From a virus, in IMG/VR virus record IMGVR_UViG_3300001846_000239, positions 14,281 to 78,280 of that record: DNA of 64,000 bases; one strand, written 5' to 3'. A model generated the notes under the pieces. That model ran no database searches. It had not been told where the DNA came from and saw only the letters and a list, made by a program, of their open reading frames with translations. Positions 1-9,690 of the stretch are shown in pieces. Every line of letters begins with the position of its first letter. Within the stretch, counting starts at the first letter, position 1. The position numbers and the translations under genes were made by a program.

Positions 1-2
1 CG

Positions 3-221
3 AAAGGCTGGGATTACGATCCTTTGAATGGCCTTACTGTATTAAAAGGTGATATGGATAAATGGTATGATTCAGATCCTATCATTCAGGCGCATCAGGC
101 CAAGATGCATTATACTCAAGAACTAATTGATACATTGAAAGAGATTTTAGATAATATCAAATGGCGACATCAGAATATCAAAAATATTATTGAGTGGAAT
201 AAGTTTACTAGTGGGATGTAA
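3..221 (+). CDS. uvsY: Recombination mediator UvsY, 5'-truncated by window edge
   Basis: Frame is open from base 3 (KGWDYDPLNGLTVLKGDMDKWYDSDP...IKNIIEWNKFTSG), resembling UvsY C-terminus; abuts uvsW. Confidence 0.85.
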   Translation, partial: KGWDYDPLNGLTVLKGDMDKWYDSDPIIQAHQAKMHYTQELIDTLKEILDNIKWRHQNIKNIIEWNKFTSGM

Positions 222-1729
222 TGGAAAAAATAATCGTTAAAAGTAAGAACGAAGTATTTTTAAGCGTAGTCACAGAGCCAGGTATAGAAATGGAGTTATC
301 AGAACATTTCTGTTTTTATGTCCCTGGTTATAAATTCATGCCTGCATATAAGAATCGTATGTGGGATGGTAAGATTAGATTATATGATTTACGCAAAAAG
401 CAAATATACGGTGGCCTCTTTAAGTATTTGAAAGAGTTTGCTGAGGCTCGTGAATATGAACTTATAGTAGAGGATAACGCTAATTTTGGTCGACCCGATG
501 CTGAAGAGATTCACGATATAGATGAGTACCTTAAAACTTTAACTCTTACTGCAGGTGGTGAATTAATTAAGCCGCGGGATTATCAGCTCGAGGCACTTTC
601 CCACGCCCTAGAAAATAAAAAGTCTTTATTGCTGAGTCCGACCGCGTCGGGTAAGAGTCTTATTATTTACTTGGCTGTTCGATATTATTTAGAGAATAAT
701 GATGGCAATGTGCTACTTATCGTTCCGACTACTTCTTTGGTAGAACAAATGTATTCTGATTTTGCGGATTATTCCAAAAGTGATATGTGGAATGTAGATG
801 AAAATTGTCATAAGATTTATGCAGGTAAAGAAAAGTACCACATAAAGCAGCGTGTTATTATTACTACATGGCAATCGATTTATAAATTACAGTCAAACTG
901 GTTTAGTGATTATGGAATGGTGATTGGTGATGAAGCGCATAACTTTAAGGCTAAATCACTTACTGCTATTCTCGAAAAATGTGTCAATGCTAAATATCGT
1001 ATGGGTACTACAGGTACATTAGATGGTACACAAACTCATCAGTTAGTATTAGAAGGATTGTTTGGTCCAGTATATAAAGTGACAACTACTAAAAAGTTGA
1101 TTGAAGAGAAGTCGTTATCTCAGTTGGATATATATGTACTACTACTAAAATACAAACCTGAATTTTGTCAAACTGTTTCGAAAATGAAATATCAAGATGA
1201 GGTGGATTTTATAGTTAAATATGGACCGCGGAATAACTTCATTTCTAATTTGGCTATGGATCAGAGTGGTAATACATTGATACTTTTTCAATTCGTGGAT
1301 AAGCATGGTAAACCACTACATGACTTATTGAGAAAGAAATTTGATGAATTACCAAGGAATACTAGGAGGTTATTTTATGTCTCAGGTGAAACCGATGTGG
1401 ATACGCGGGAGGAGATTCGCGCGATTACAGAAAAACAGGATGATGCGATTATTGTCGCCAGTATGGGCACTTTTTCTACTGGTATTAATATTAAGCGTCT
1501 GCACAATATTATTTTCGCTTCTCCATCTAAGTCACAAATTAGGGTTCTTCAGAGTATCGGACGAGGTTTAAGAAAATCTGACGATGGAATAAATACTAAG
1601 GTATATGATATTGCAGATGATTTACATTGGAAGAATAAGAAGAACTATACATTAGAACATGCAGCTGAAAGGATTAGGATTTATAGTCGCGAAAAATTTG
1701 ACTATAAGATTCATGATATAAATATATAA
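221..1729 (+). CDS. uvsW: SF2 DNA/RNA helicase UvsW
   Basis: Walker A SPTASGKS, DEAH, GTTGT, QSIGRGLR; T4 synteny. Confidence 0.95.
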   Translation: MEKIIVKSKNEVFLSVVTEPGIEMELSEHFCFYVPGYKFMPAYKNRMWDGKIRLYDLRKKQIYGGLFKYLKEFAEAREYELIVEDNANFGRPDAEEIHDIDEYLKTLTLTAGGELIKPRDYQLEALSHALENKKSLLLSPTASGKSLIIYLAVRYYLENNDGNVLLIVPTTSLVEQMYSDFADYSKSDMWNVDENCHKIYAGKEKYHIKQRVIITTWQSIYKLQSNWFSDYGMVIGDEAHNFKAKSLTAILEKCVNAKYRMGTTGTLDGTQTHQLVLEGLFGPVYKVTTTKKLIEEKSLSQLDIYVLLLKYKPEFCQTVSKMKYQDEVDFIVKYGPRNNFISNLAMDQSGNTLILFQFVDKHGKPLHDLLRKKFDELPRNTRRLFYVSGETDVDTREEIRAITEKQDDAIIVASMGTFSTGINIKRLHNIIFASPSKSQIRVLQSIGRGLRKSDDGINTKVYDIADDLHWKNKKNYTLEHAAERIRIYSREKFDYKIHDINI

Positions 1730-1730
1730 T

Positions 1731-2123
1731 ATGGAAGATATAAATAATATAAACGACATAAACATTCGACACTTTAAGCTGACGAATGGTGAAGATCTTA
1801 TTTGTTACGTGCAGGATATGAATACTGACGCATTTATTGTTGAACGGCCTGCGGCCGTGCAGGTTTCACCTGCTGGACAATGGACATTTCAAGATTGGTT
1901 TCCATTTTCAGATAAGAAAGTGTTTAAGATTATGAAGAGATTTGTGATCAACCATACAGAGGTTGTTGAAGAGACTAAGGAGTCATATATTAAGTATTCG
2001 TTACAATACGAACTTAAACAACTAATTGGACCAGAATTTGAATTTAGTGATGATTATACAGAAGATGATGAACTTAATCAAACGACGCTCAATACAGATA
2101 AAAAAGAGCCCACAATACATTAG
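1731..2123 (+). CDS. Conserved T4-like hypothetical protein (Sm-like fold suspected)
   Basis: FKLTNGEDLIC N-terminus, acidic tail; TATAAATA at 1717-1724. Confidence 0.6.
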   Translation: MEDINNINDINIRHFKLTNGEDLICYVQDMNTDAFIVERPAAVQVSPAGQWTFQDWFPFSDKKVFKIMKRFVINHTEVVEETKESYIKYSLQYELKQLIGPEFEFSDDYTEDDELNQTTLNTDKKEPTIH

Positions 2124-2154
2124 GTATACCCCTACCTCCCCGGTGTACTTCTAT

Positions 2155-2183
2155 ATTATATCACGCTTTTTATGATTTGTACA
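2155..2183 (-). promoter_or_regulatory. Early-type promoter on minus strand, divergent from gene 55 promoter
   Basis: Minus strand reads TGTACA-17 nt-(GTGA)TATAAT, same consensus as the plus-strand copies. Confidence 0.75.
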
Positions 2184-2227
2184 TACTTTTTTAAATTATT
2201 TTTAAATTATTTTATTGAAAATAACTG

Positions 2228-2256
2228 TTTACTTTTTGTGTAAACCATGTTATAAT
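2228..2256 (+). promoter_or_regulatory. Early promoter for gene 55
   Basis: TTTACT-17 nt-TATAAT with TG extension. Confidence 0.8.
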
Positions 2257-2279
2257 ATACCATTATCAGGAGATTTTAT

Positions 2280-2855
2280 ATGACTAAAAGACTAAAAGCG
2301 AAAGCGAAACCACATTACGTTAATAATAAAGAGTTCTCACTCGCGGTAGTTGACTATGTTAAAAGTGTTAATACTGCCAAGGAGAAAGGTGAAAGTATTC
2401 CAATTGTTCCTGATTACGTAGCTTCCTGTTTCATGAAAATATCAGAAGGCCTGTCTCACAGACCGAACTTCGTTCGGTACACCTATCGTGAAGAGATGGT
2501 TATGGATGGTGTTGAAAATTGTTTAAGAGCAATTGGTAACTATAATATTGATACTGCGACAAGAACTGGTAATCCGAACGCATTTAGTTATTTTACGCAA
2601 ATATGTTATTTTGCATTTATTCGTAGAATTACTAAAGAGAAAAAACAACAAGATATCAAGTTTAAATTCATTGAAAAAATGGGTGTTGAAGACTTTGTTG
2701 CTATGGGTATGGATAATACAGCTGCAGCAGAAACTATGAATTATGTTGATACCTTGAGAAGCAGGATTGATCAGATCAGAACTAAAGATCAAAAGATCAA
2801 AGAATTTGCTAAGATTGAAAAAGAGAAAGAAAAACTTGAATTGTTTATGGTATAA
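2280..2855 (+). CDS. 55: Late-transcription sigma factor gp55
   Basis: HYVNNKEF, YTYREEMVMDGVENCL, NPNAFSYFTQICYFAFIRRI. Confidence 0.95.
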   Translation: MTKRLKAKAKPHYVNNKEFSLAVVDYVKSVNTAKEKGESIPIVPDYVASCFMKISEGLSHRPNFVRYTYREEMVMDGVENCLRAIGNYNIDTATRTGNPNAFSYFTQICYFAFIRRITKEKKQQDIKFKFIEKMGVEDFVAMGMDNTAAAETMNYVDTLRSRIDQIRTKDQKIKEFAKIEKEKEKLELFMV

Positions 2856-2858
2856 TAT

Positions 2859-3080
2859 ATGATTAAAAAAGCTGAAGAGAAACCTTATATTACATTAGTA
2901 TGCGAACCGTATGAGTGTGTGTCATCTGTGAATACACGTGTTACTATTGAAGTTATGGAAAAGGATTTAGATCGTGATGCAATAGTAAGCGTATTTGAAG
3001 ACTTTATGAAAGCAATGGGTTATCATTTTGATCCTAATGAACATCTTGATATAGTTAACGATTGGGGTGGTAGTGAATGA
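2859..3080 (+). CDS. Hypothetical protein
   Basis: 73-aa ORF tightly packed between 55 and 47. Confidence 0.6.
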   Translation: MIKKAEEKPYITLVCEPYECVSSVNTRVTIEVMEKDLDRDAIVSVFEDFMKAMGYHFDPNEHLDIVNDWGGSE

Positions 3081-4138
3081 AAATAGCTATATTAAATGAC
3101 ACACACGCAGGGGTAAGAAACTCATCGGATATATTTCTAAATTACCAAGAAAGGTTTTATACAGAAATATTTTTCCCTTATTTGAAAGAGCATAATATCA
3201 AAAATATTTTGCATCTAGGTGATTATTATGAACACAGAAAATTCGTCAATTTTAAAGCTCTTAATGCTAATAGGAAACATTTTCTTGAACCTATGCGGGA
3301 TGCTGGTATTACTATGGATATCATTCCTGGTAATCATGATGTGTATTTCAAAAATACTAATGAGCTGTGTAGCCTCAAAGAATTGCTCGGATACTTTACT
3401 TCAAATGTTAATATTATCATGAAACCGACAGTCCTAGATTATGATGGTCTAGGAGTTGCTGTTATTCCATGGATTAATAATACTAACTATAAAGAGTATG
3501 TCGACTTTGCTTTGAAGTGTAAAGCTCCATTCTTAGGTGCTCATTTGGAATTAGCTGGTTTTGAAATGATGGCTGGTATTACTAATCCACATGGCATGAA
3601 CGCTGAGATTTTCTCGCGATTTGAAAAAGTATTATCTGGACATTTTCATACTAGATCAAGTCAAGGTAATGTCGATTATTTAGGATCACAATTTGAATTT
3701 ACATGGGCCGATGTTGATGATCCAAAATATTTCCACATTCTAGATACTGAAACACGTGAAGTAACTCCAGTACGTAATCCTATTACTATGTTTAAAAAGA
3801 TTGTATATGATGATTCTAAGAATGATTATAGTAATTTCGACTTTACGGATTGTGAAAAGAAATTTATTAAGCTAATTGTTTTGAATAAAAATGATTTGTA
3901 TATGTTTGATAAATTCGTTGATAAGTTACAAAGTATTGAAACCTACGAATTAAAAATCGCTGAGAGCTTTGAGGAATATCTAGGTGAAAGCGTAGAAGAT
4001 GAAAAAGTATCTTTGGAAGATACGACTGAATTATTAGATTCTTATGTAGATGCTGTTGAAACAGAATTAGATAAAGATCATTTAAAAATTGAATTGAGAA
4101 AGCTTTATACCGAAGCTCAAAACCTAGAGGTTATATGA
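3077..4138 (+). CDS. 47: Mre11/SbcD-like recombination nuclease gp47
   Basis: DTH, LGD, GNHD, GHFH metallophosphoesterase motifs. Confidence 0.95.
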   Translation: MKIAILNDTHAGVRNSSDIFLNYQERFYTEIFFPYLKEHNIKNILHLGDYYEHRKFVNFKALNANRKHFLEPMRDAGITMDIIPGNHDVYFKNTNELCSLKELLGYFTSNVNIIMKPTVLDYDGLGVAVIPWINNTNYKEYVDFALKCKAPFLGAHLELAGFEMMAGITNPHGMNAEIFSRFEKVLSGHFHTRSSQGNVDYLGSQFEFTWADVDDPKYFHILDTETREVTPVRNPITMFKKIVYDDSKNDYSNFDFTDCEKKFIKLIVLNKNDLYMFDKFVDKLQSIETYELKIAESFEEYLGESVEDEKVSLEDTTELLDSYVDAVETELDKDHLKIELRKLYTEAQNLEVI

Positions 4139-5850
4139 TACATTTTAAAAGCGTCAGTTGGAAGAATTTTCTTTCGACTGGCAACGATACTATTAAAGTA
4201 CAATTAGATAGAACTCCATCAACTCTTATTGTTGGTTCTAATGGTGCAGGTAAGTCTACAATGCTAGATGCTTTATCGTTTGGTCTATTTGGTAAACCGC
4301 ATCGCGATATTAAGAAAGATCAAATGATCAATAGTATTAATAAGAAAGGCGCTGTAGTTGAAGTAGAGTTCAATATTGGTAACTCGGAATTTAGGATTCT
4401 TCGTGGCATCAAACCAAATAAGTTCGAAATATATCAAAATGGAAATATGATCAATCAATCTAGTAATGCTAGAGATTATCAAAAGTTCCTAGAACAAAAT
4501 ATTCTAAAACTTAATCACAAATCGTTTCACCAAGTAGTCGTATTGGGAAGTAGTTCATTTATTCCATTTATGCAATTACCTGCATGGTCTCGTAGAGATG
4601 TTATTGAAGATCTATTGGATATTAATATTTTCTCAAAGATGAACATGTTACTGAAAGAACGTAACGCAAAGATCAGAGACGAGTTATCAGAAATCAACCA
4701 TTCTTTGGATTTGTATAAAGCCAAGATGGATACTCAAACAAAATATATTAAAGATCTACAAGCTATCAATAAGGATATGATCGAATCTAAACAAGCTTCT
4801 ATTGAGACGTATGAAGGCGATGTTAAATCTTTGGTTAGTGAATCATCAGAGCTAGGCAAAAATTTAGAATCGTTAACTGAGCTTGAGAACGCAAAGCATG
4901 AAGAGTTAACACAAAAAGTTTCTGATATCAAATCTGAAGACCGAGTCTTTAAGTCTAAAATCAAAGACCTTGTGAGTCAGGCTAAATTCTTCGAGGAAAA
5001 TGAAGTTTGTCCTACATGTGATCAAGATATTGATAGTAGTATTAAAGATAGTAAGTTGACTAGTATTAAAGAGTCTGCTGCTAATATCCAAAAAGGTATG
5101 TCTGAACTGGCCGAAGATAATGCTGCATGCGCTACTCAATTAGCTGAATGTCAAACTAATATGAAGGAGTTATTGAATAAGCAAAGAAAGATCAATTCTA
5201 ATAATGATAAGATTAATTTGATTCAAAAAGAAATCGAAAAGATTCAGAAAGAAATTGCTACACTATTACAATCGTCAGGTGATATTAAATCTGCTAAGGA
5301 TGAACTAAACACATTGCGCGATGGTAAAGAGACAATGACTGAGAAAAAGCTTCAATATGTAGAAGAGCGCACATACAATGAAGTTATAGGCGAGATGTTG
5401 AAAGATACGGGCATTAAAACGAAGGTAATTAAGCAATACCTTCCTGTGATGAATAGACTGATCAATCAGTATCTACAAGTCTTAGATTTCTTTGTTGCAT
5501 TCCATTTGGATGAGAACTTTACTGAAACTATTAGATCTCGACATCGCGATGCATTTAACTATGCTTCGTTCTCTGAAGGTGAAAAGCAAAGAATTGACTT
5601 AAGTCTACTTTTCACGTGGAGACAAATCGCTAAGATGAAAAACTCAGCTTCGACAAATCTACTAGTTCTAGACGAAACCTTTGATTCTTCACTAGATCAC
5701 GACGGAATTGATAATCTGACTAAGATTCTAAATACTCTAGAAGATGGAACAAACGTCTTCATTATATCACACAAAGGTGATATCCTAGAGAATAAGTTTA
5801 GATCTAAGATCGAATTCATTAAAGAGAGGAATTTCTCTAAAATTAAATAA
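4135..5850 (+). CDS. 46: Rad50/SbcC-like ATPase gp46
   Basis: GSNGAGKST, CPTC zinc hook, FSEGE signature, LDE Walker B. Confidence 0.95.
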   Translation: MIHFKSVSWKNFLSTGNDTIKVQLDRTPSTLIVGSNGAGKSTMLDALSFGLFGKPHRDIKKDQMINSINKKGAVVEVEFNIGNSEFRILRGIKPNKFEIYQNGNMINQSSNARDYQKFLEQNILKLNHKSFHQVVVLGSSSFIPFMQLPAWSRRDVIEDLLDINIFSKMNMLLKERNAKIRDELSEINHSLDLYKAKMDTQTKYIKDLQAINKDMIESKQASIETYEGDVKSLVSESSELGKNLESLTELENAKHEELTQKVSDIKSEDRVFKSKIKDLVSQAKFFEENEVCPTCDQDIDSSIKDSKLTSIKESAANIQKGMSELAEDNAACATQLAECQTNMKELLNKQRKINSNNDKINLIQKEIEKIQKEIATLLQSSGDIKSAKDELNTLRDGKETMTEKKLQYVEERTYNEVIGEMLKDTGIKTKVIKQYLPVMNRLINQYLQVLDFFVAFHLDENFTETIRSRHRDAFNYASFSEGEKQRIDLSLLFTWRQIAKMKNSASTNLLVLDETFDSSLDHDGIDNLTKILNTLEDGTNVFIISHKGDILENKFRSKIEFIKERNFSKIK

Positions 5851-5882
5851 TTCGAGTCCTTATTCCGGAAAGTTATAAGCTT

Positions 5883-5956
5883 ATAACAAATACGTCTAAA
5901 AAATATATACTTTTTTTCAAAAAAGTGTGTACAAGTACGCTGAAACATCGTATAAT
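5883..5956 (+). promoter_or_regulatory. Early promoter with upstream A-tract/T-tract stem-loop
   Basis: TGTACA 5928-33, 17 nt, TATAAT 5951-56; upstream 52 nt match 31613-31664 at 45/52. Confidence 0.8.
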
Positions 5957-5984
5957 ATACCTATATTAAAGATAAGGAGTTAAT

Positions 5985-8120
5985 ATGTACGATAATTCAA
6001 GTTTACCTAAACTGTTGGCGAAAGAGAACATCTCTATTCGTCACGGTAATTATCAGACCCCATGGTTTGATATCAAAAACCGTGTTCTCGGTCTTCCGCT
6101 CTGGAAGGATATGGGTAAAGACGTTTATGATCTATTTGTTGGTCATGAAGTTGGTCACGCGTTAGAAACTCCTTATGAAGGATGGCACGACAGCCCTGAA
6201 AAACTTCAAGGCTGTCCTCGCTCTTATATCAACGTAATCGAAGATGCAAGGATCGAAAGAAAAGTTAAAGCTAGATATCCTGGTCTAGTCGGTCCTTTCG
6301 CACGTGCATACGCAAAACTCTTTGATGATAACTTTTTCGGTACTAACAATCTTGATCATACAGAACTTAAGTTAATCGATAAAATCAATCTTCAAGCGAA
6401 GGTTGGTGATCACTTAAATCTTGAGTTTAATGACGAAGAACAAGTCTTTATGGATCGAGCTATGAAAACTGAAGATTTCCAAGAAGTCTTACAGTTAGTA
6501 AAAGACATTGTCGCGTATGACAAGACTCAACAAGATGACGAGGAAGAGCCTAATACTCCTGAGAATAACGACGAAAATGATTCTACTGATGAGTCACAAG
6601 ATAGCATGCAAGATTCTATGTCAGGTGGTGATGAAGAATCTGAAGAAGAAAACAATGATCAATCGGATCAAGCTGGTGACGAAGATCAAGGTAGCGAAGA
6701 AAACGAAGATCAAAAACGTGAAGTTTCAAATGGTAAAGAAGCTCCGGAAGGTCCTACTTCAATTACTGATGAAGCTTTCAGATCAAACGAACATAAGTTC
6801 TTAGATACAAATGAAGATGGTACACAGACGTTAACTGTAAGTGACATCAATAAAGAGATTAGAAAAAAGATTGTGATCAGCTACGATCAACTAGCAGAAG
6901 AAAGACTTAAGCAAAACGAATTTATTAACAGTTATCAACAAAGCATTATTGACAAAGCTTTAGAAAACTACGGTCCTTTCATGAAGTCTGTCAAGAGAAG
7001 TGTTGGTATTGCTGTGAAAGAATTTGAAATGAGAAAAGCAGCTACGCAATGGGCCAAAGCGACAACCGCAAAAACTGGTGTGATTGATGTAAACAAGTTG
7101 TTCTCGTACAAAACTAACGAAGATATTTTCAAGCAAACTACACGACTTTATGATTCAAAAAATCATGGTATGATGTTGCTCATTGACTATTCAGGTTCTA
7201 TGTGTGATTCTCTACCTAAAGTGCTTGAGCAAGTAATTCACTTAGTGTTGTTCTGTAAGCAAGTAAATATTCCTTTCGAAGTTTACGCGTTTACTACAAC
7301 AAACAGAGCTTTAGATACATACGATCTACGTCATCAAGGTCTTCTATTTGATGGTGATATGGATTTAGATAACGTAGCTATGCCGCTATTAACTTCTTCG
7401 AAGCTCAAGAAAAAAGACTTCGAAGAGTCTATTAAGAATCTTTACGTTAGATCACAAGTTGATGGATGGACTTCTAGAGATATTATATCTCCTCATGAAG
7501 ATTACGGTTCAACTCCGTTGAATCAAGCTTTAGTTATGTCACATCACTTGATCAAAGACTTCAAAATGAAGAATGCGATTGAGAAAATGAATCTAGTCGT
7601 ATTTTCTGATGGTGAAGCGAATAGTCTACGTGCATTTTCTGACAATAAACTACGTAAGAAAAAGATCGAAACTCAGGCTTCTTGGAGAGATGTTAATATT
7701 GTTGTTGATGGTAAGTTAGTCAAGTCAGAAGGTGGAAGAAGCCAAGTAACTCAAGCTTTACTTGAGAATCTAAGAAACAGATACGGAATCAACTGTATCG
7801 GATTCTTCATGGCTGATAACAATCGTGCGTTTAACTTTAAAGTTGATCAGATTGTGAATACGACTTGGGCTGAAGATGCTAGGAAAGCCGCTCAACAAGA
7901 ATATAGAAAAAACAAGTGTGTTGTAAAAGTAAATGCTTTAGGTTACAACGAATTTTACTTGATCAAAGGTGGCAATAACCTTTCTACTGAAGATGATGAT
8001 TTCGAAGTTTCTTCAGAGCAGTCTAGAGGTCAAATGGCAAATGCTTTCAAAAAGTACTCTAAGAGTAAGAAAGCAAATAAAGTGCTTATGACCCAATTCG
8101 GTAGATGTGTCGCTCAATAA
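5985..8120 (+). CDS. Metallopeptidase-motif plus vWA-domain protein (CobT-like partner of MoxR ATPase)
   Basis: HEVGH (HExxH), long acidic linker, DYSGS MIDAS, TPL and FSDG motifs. Confidence 0.8.
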   Translation: MYDNSSLPKLLAKENISIRHGNYQTPWFDIKNRVLGLPLWKDMGKDVYDLFVGHEVGHALETPYEGWHDSPEKLQGCPRSYINVIEDARIERKVKARYPGLVGPFARAYAKLFDDNFFGTNNLDHTELKLIDKINLQAKVGDHLNLEFNDEEQVFMDRAMKTEDFQEVLQLVKDIVAYDKTQQDDEEEPNTPENNDENDSTDESQDSMQDSMSGGDEESEEENNDQSDQAGDEDQGSEENEDQKREVSNGKEAPEGPTSITDEAFRSNEHKFLDTNEDGTQTLTVSDINKEIRKKIVISYDQLAEERLKQNEFINSYQQSIIDKALENYGPFMKSVKRSVGIAVKEFEMRKAATQWAKATTAKTGVIDVNKLFSYKTNEDIFKQTTRLYDSKNHGMMLLIDYSGSMCDSLPKVLEQVIHLVLFCKQVNIPFEVYAFTTTNRALDTYDLRHQGLLFDGDMDLDNVAMPLLTSSKLKKKDFEESIKNLYVRSQVDGWTSRDIISPHEDYGSTPLNQALVMSHHLIKDFKMKNAIEKMNLVVFSDGEANSLRAFSDNKLRKKKIETQASWRDVNIVVDGKLVKSEGGRSQVTQALLENLRNRYGINCIGFFMADNNRAFNFKVDQIVNTTWAEDARKAAQQEYRKNKCVVKVNALGYNEFYLIKGGNNLSTEDDDFEVSSEQSRGQMANAFKKYSKSKKANKVLMTQFGRCVAQ

Positions 8121-8154
8121 GTGTAAAAAAATTAAACTTTTTTGCAAAAAAGTG

Positions 8155-8183
8155 TGTACAAGACCTAAAAAACTTGGTATAAT
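8155..8183 (+). promoter_or_regulatory. Early promoter
   Basis: TGTACA-17 nt-TATAAT. Confidence 0.8.
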
Positions 8184-8218
8184 ATACACATATTGAAAAA
8201 TTGATAAGGAATTACATT

Positions 8219-9349
8219 ATGAAAAACATTAAAATATCAACCCAAAACATTCTTAAGGAACTGAAAAAGAACTATCCAGATCAGACTCAATTCCGTAAGA
8301 ATGTTATCGAATCCACAGCAAAAGCTATGGGTTATACTGGTAAAGACTTTTATCCAATGCTTACAGCAGAAAATAGAGTCAAGATTGGTACTTATGATTT
8401 AAGTGCTTTACTTCAAACAGTAGAAATTGACACGAGTGTTGTGGATATTTCTCCAAAGGCGAAAATGCAATCAATTGTTAACGACGAGAAGACTTTTGCA
8501 AAGGCTGATCCTACGTTTGTACCTTGGGGTGCATTCCACGATCTAGTAAAGATTATAAAGTCAGAGATGTTCTATCCTGTTTACGTTTCAGGTTTGTCTG
8601 GTAACGGTAAGACCTTTATGGTAGAACAAGCTTGTTCGAAACTGAATAAGGAGTTTATACGTGTTCAAATCAATCCTGAAACAGACGAAGACGATTTGCT
8701 TGGTGGCTTTAGGCTCATCAACGGAGAAACTGTCTTCTCTAAAGGACCAGTTCTTAAAGCAATGGAAAACGGTGCAATATTATTGCTCGACGAAATTGAT
8801 AGAGCTACAAATAAAATTATGTGTCTTCAAGGTATATTGGAAGGTAAGCCTGTTCTGGTTAAGAAAACGGGCGAAACGATTACTCCGGCGCCTGGATTCA
8901 ATGTTATAGCAACAGCTAACACAAAAGGTAAAGGTTCTGAAGACGGTAGGTTTACTGCTGCTTCTATTATCGATGAAGCTTTCCTTGAAAGGTTTACTGT
9001 TGCGATTGATCAGAAGTTTCCATCGCCTTCAATCGAAACAAAAATTCTTAACAACCACATGTCTAAGTTTGGTACTGAAGACGAAGATTTCGTCGAAAAG
9101 CTAATCACTTGGGCCGATATTATTAGGAAGACTTTCTATGATGATGGTGTCGACGAAGTTATTTCAACTCGTAGGTTATGTCACATAGCTCAAACTTACT
9201 CTATCTTTAAGAATAGAGCAAAAGCGATCGATCTATGTATCGCAAGGTTTGATGAAGATACCAAGTCAGCTTTCTTAGATCTCTACAGCAAAGTTGATGC
9301 CGGAGTAGAAACTCTCGAAGAAACAGAGGATAACGATGGCGAAATCTAA
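8219..9349 (+). CDS. cobS: MoxR-family AAA+ ATPase (phage CobS-like)
   Basis: GLSGNGKT, LLLDEIDR, ANTKGKG, FLERF; ATG 8219 follows AAGGA. Confidence 0.85.
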   Translation: MKNIKISTQNILKELKKNYPDQTQFRKNVIESTAKAMGYTGKDFYPMLTAENRVKIGTYDLSALLQTVEIDTSVVDISPKAKMQSIVNDEKTFAKADPTFVPWGAFHDLVKIIKSEMFYPVYVSGLSGNGKTFMVEQACSKLNKEFIRVQINPETDEDDLLGGFRLINGETVFSKGPVLKAMENGAILLLDEIDRATNKIMCLQGILEGKPVLVKKTGETITPAPGFNVIATANTKGKGSEDGRFTAASIIDEAFLERFTVAIDQKFPSPSIETKILNNHMSKFGTEDEDFVEKLITWADIIRKTFYDDGVDEVISTRRLCHIAQTYSIFKNRAKAIDLCIARFDEDTKSAFLDLYSKVDAGVETLEETEDNDGEI

Positions 9350-9629
9350 AAAGCCCGATTATAAATTTAACGAAGGAGCTCTTATTGAAGAGCTCCAAAA
9401 GTATATTGATTCTACATACGGTGCACATTACGGTCAAGGTGGTTTACAATCATCAGAAGTAATTATTGATCGTGGACATGGCCTAGGATTTTTTCTAGGA
9501 AATGTTGATAAGTATAATGCGCGGTACGGTAAAAAAGGAACTCCAGAAGATCATAGGAAAGATCTGATGAAGGTCTTACACTATGGATTGCTTGCGCTCT
9601 ATGAGCACGATCGATTAAACTCAAATTAA
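9336..9629 (+). CDS. DUF3310-like protein (T7 gp1.7-like nucleotide kinase family)
   Basis: HY...GF.LGNV.KY.ARYGKK...DL.K.LHY pattern. Confidence 0.55.
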   Translation: MAKSKKPDYKFNEGALIEELQKYIDSTYGAHYGQGGLQSSEVIIDRGHGLGFFLGNVDKYNARYGKKGTPEDHRKDLMKVLHYGLLALYEHDRLNSN

Positions 9630-9632
9630 GTA

Positions 9633-9661
9633 TGTACAATCATTGTAAAATGTGTTATAAT
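9633..9661 (+). promoter_or_regulatory. Early promoter for gene 45
   Basis: TGTACA-17 nt-TATAAT (TGTGT extension). Confidence 0.8.
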
Positions 9662-9690
9662 ACTGGTATCAAAATTAAAAAAGGTAAATT

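Noticed and set aside
8219-9349. Cobalamin biosynthesis from the CobS-like ATPase
   Set aside because: It is a MoxR-family ATPase common in T4-like phages; no other cob genes are present.
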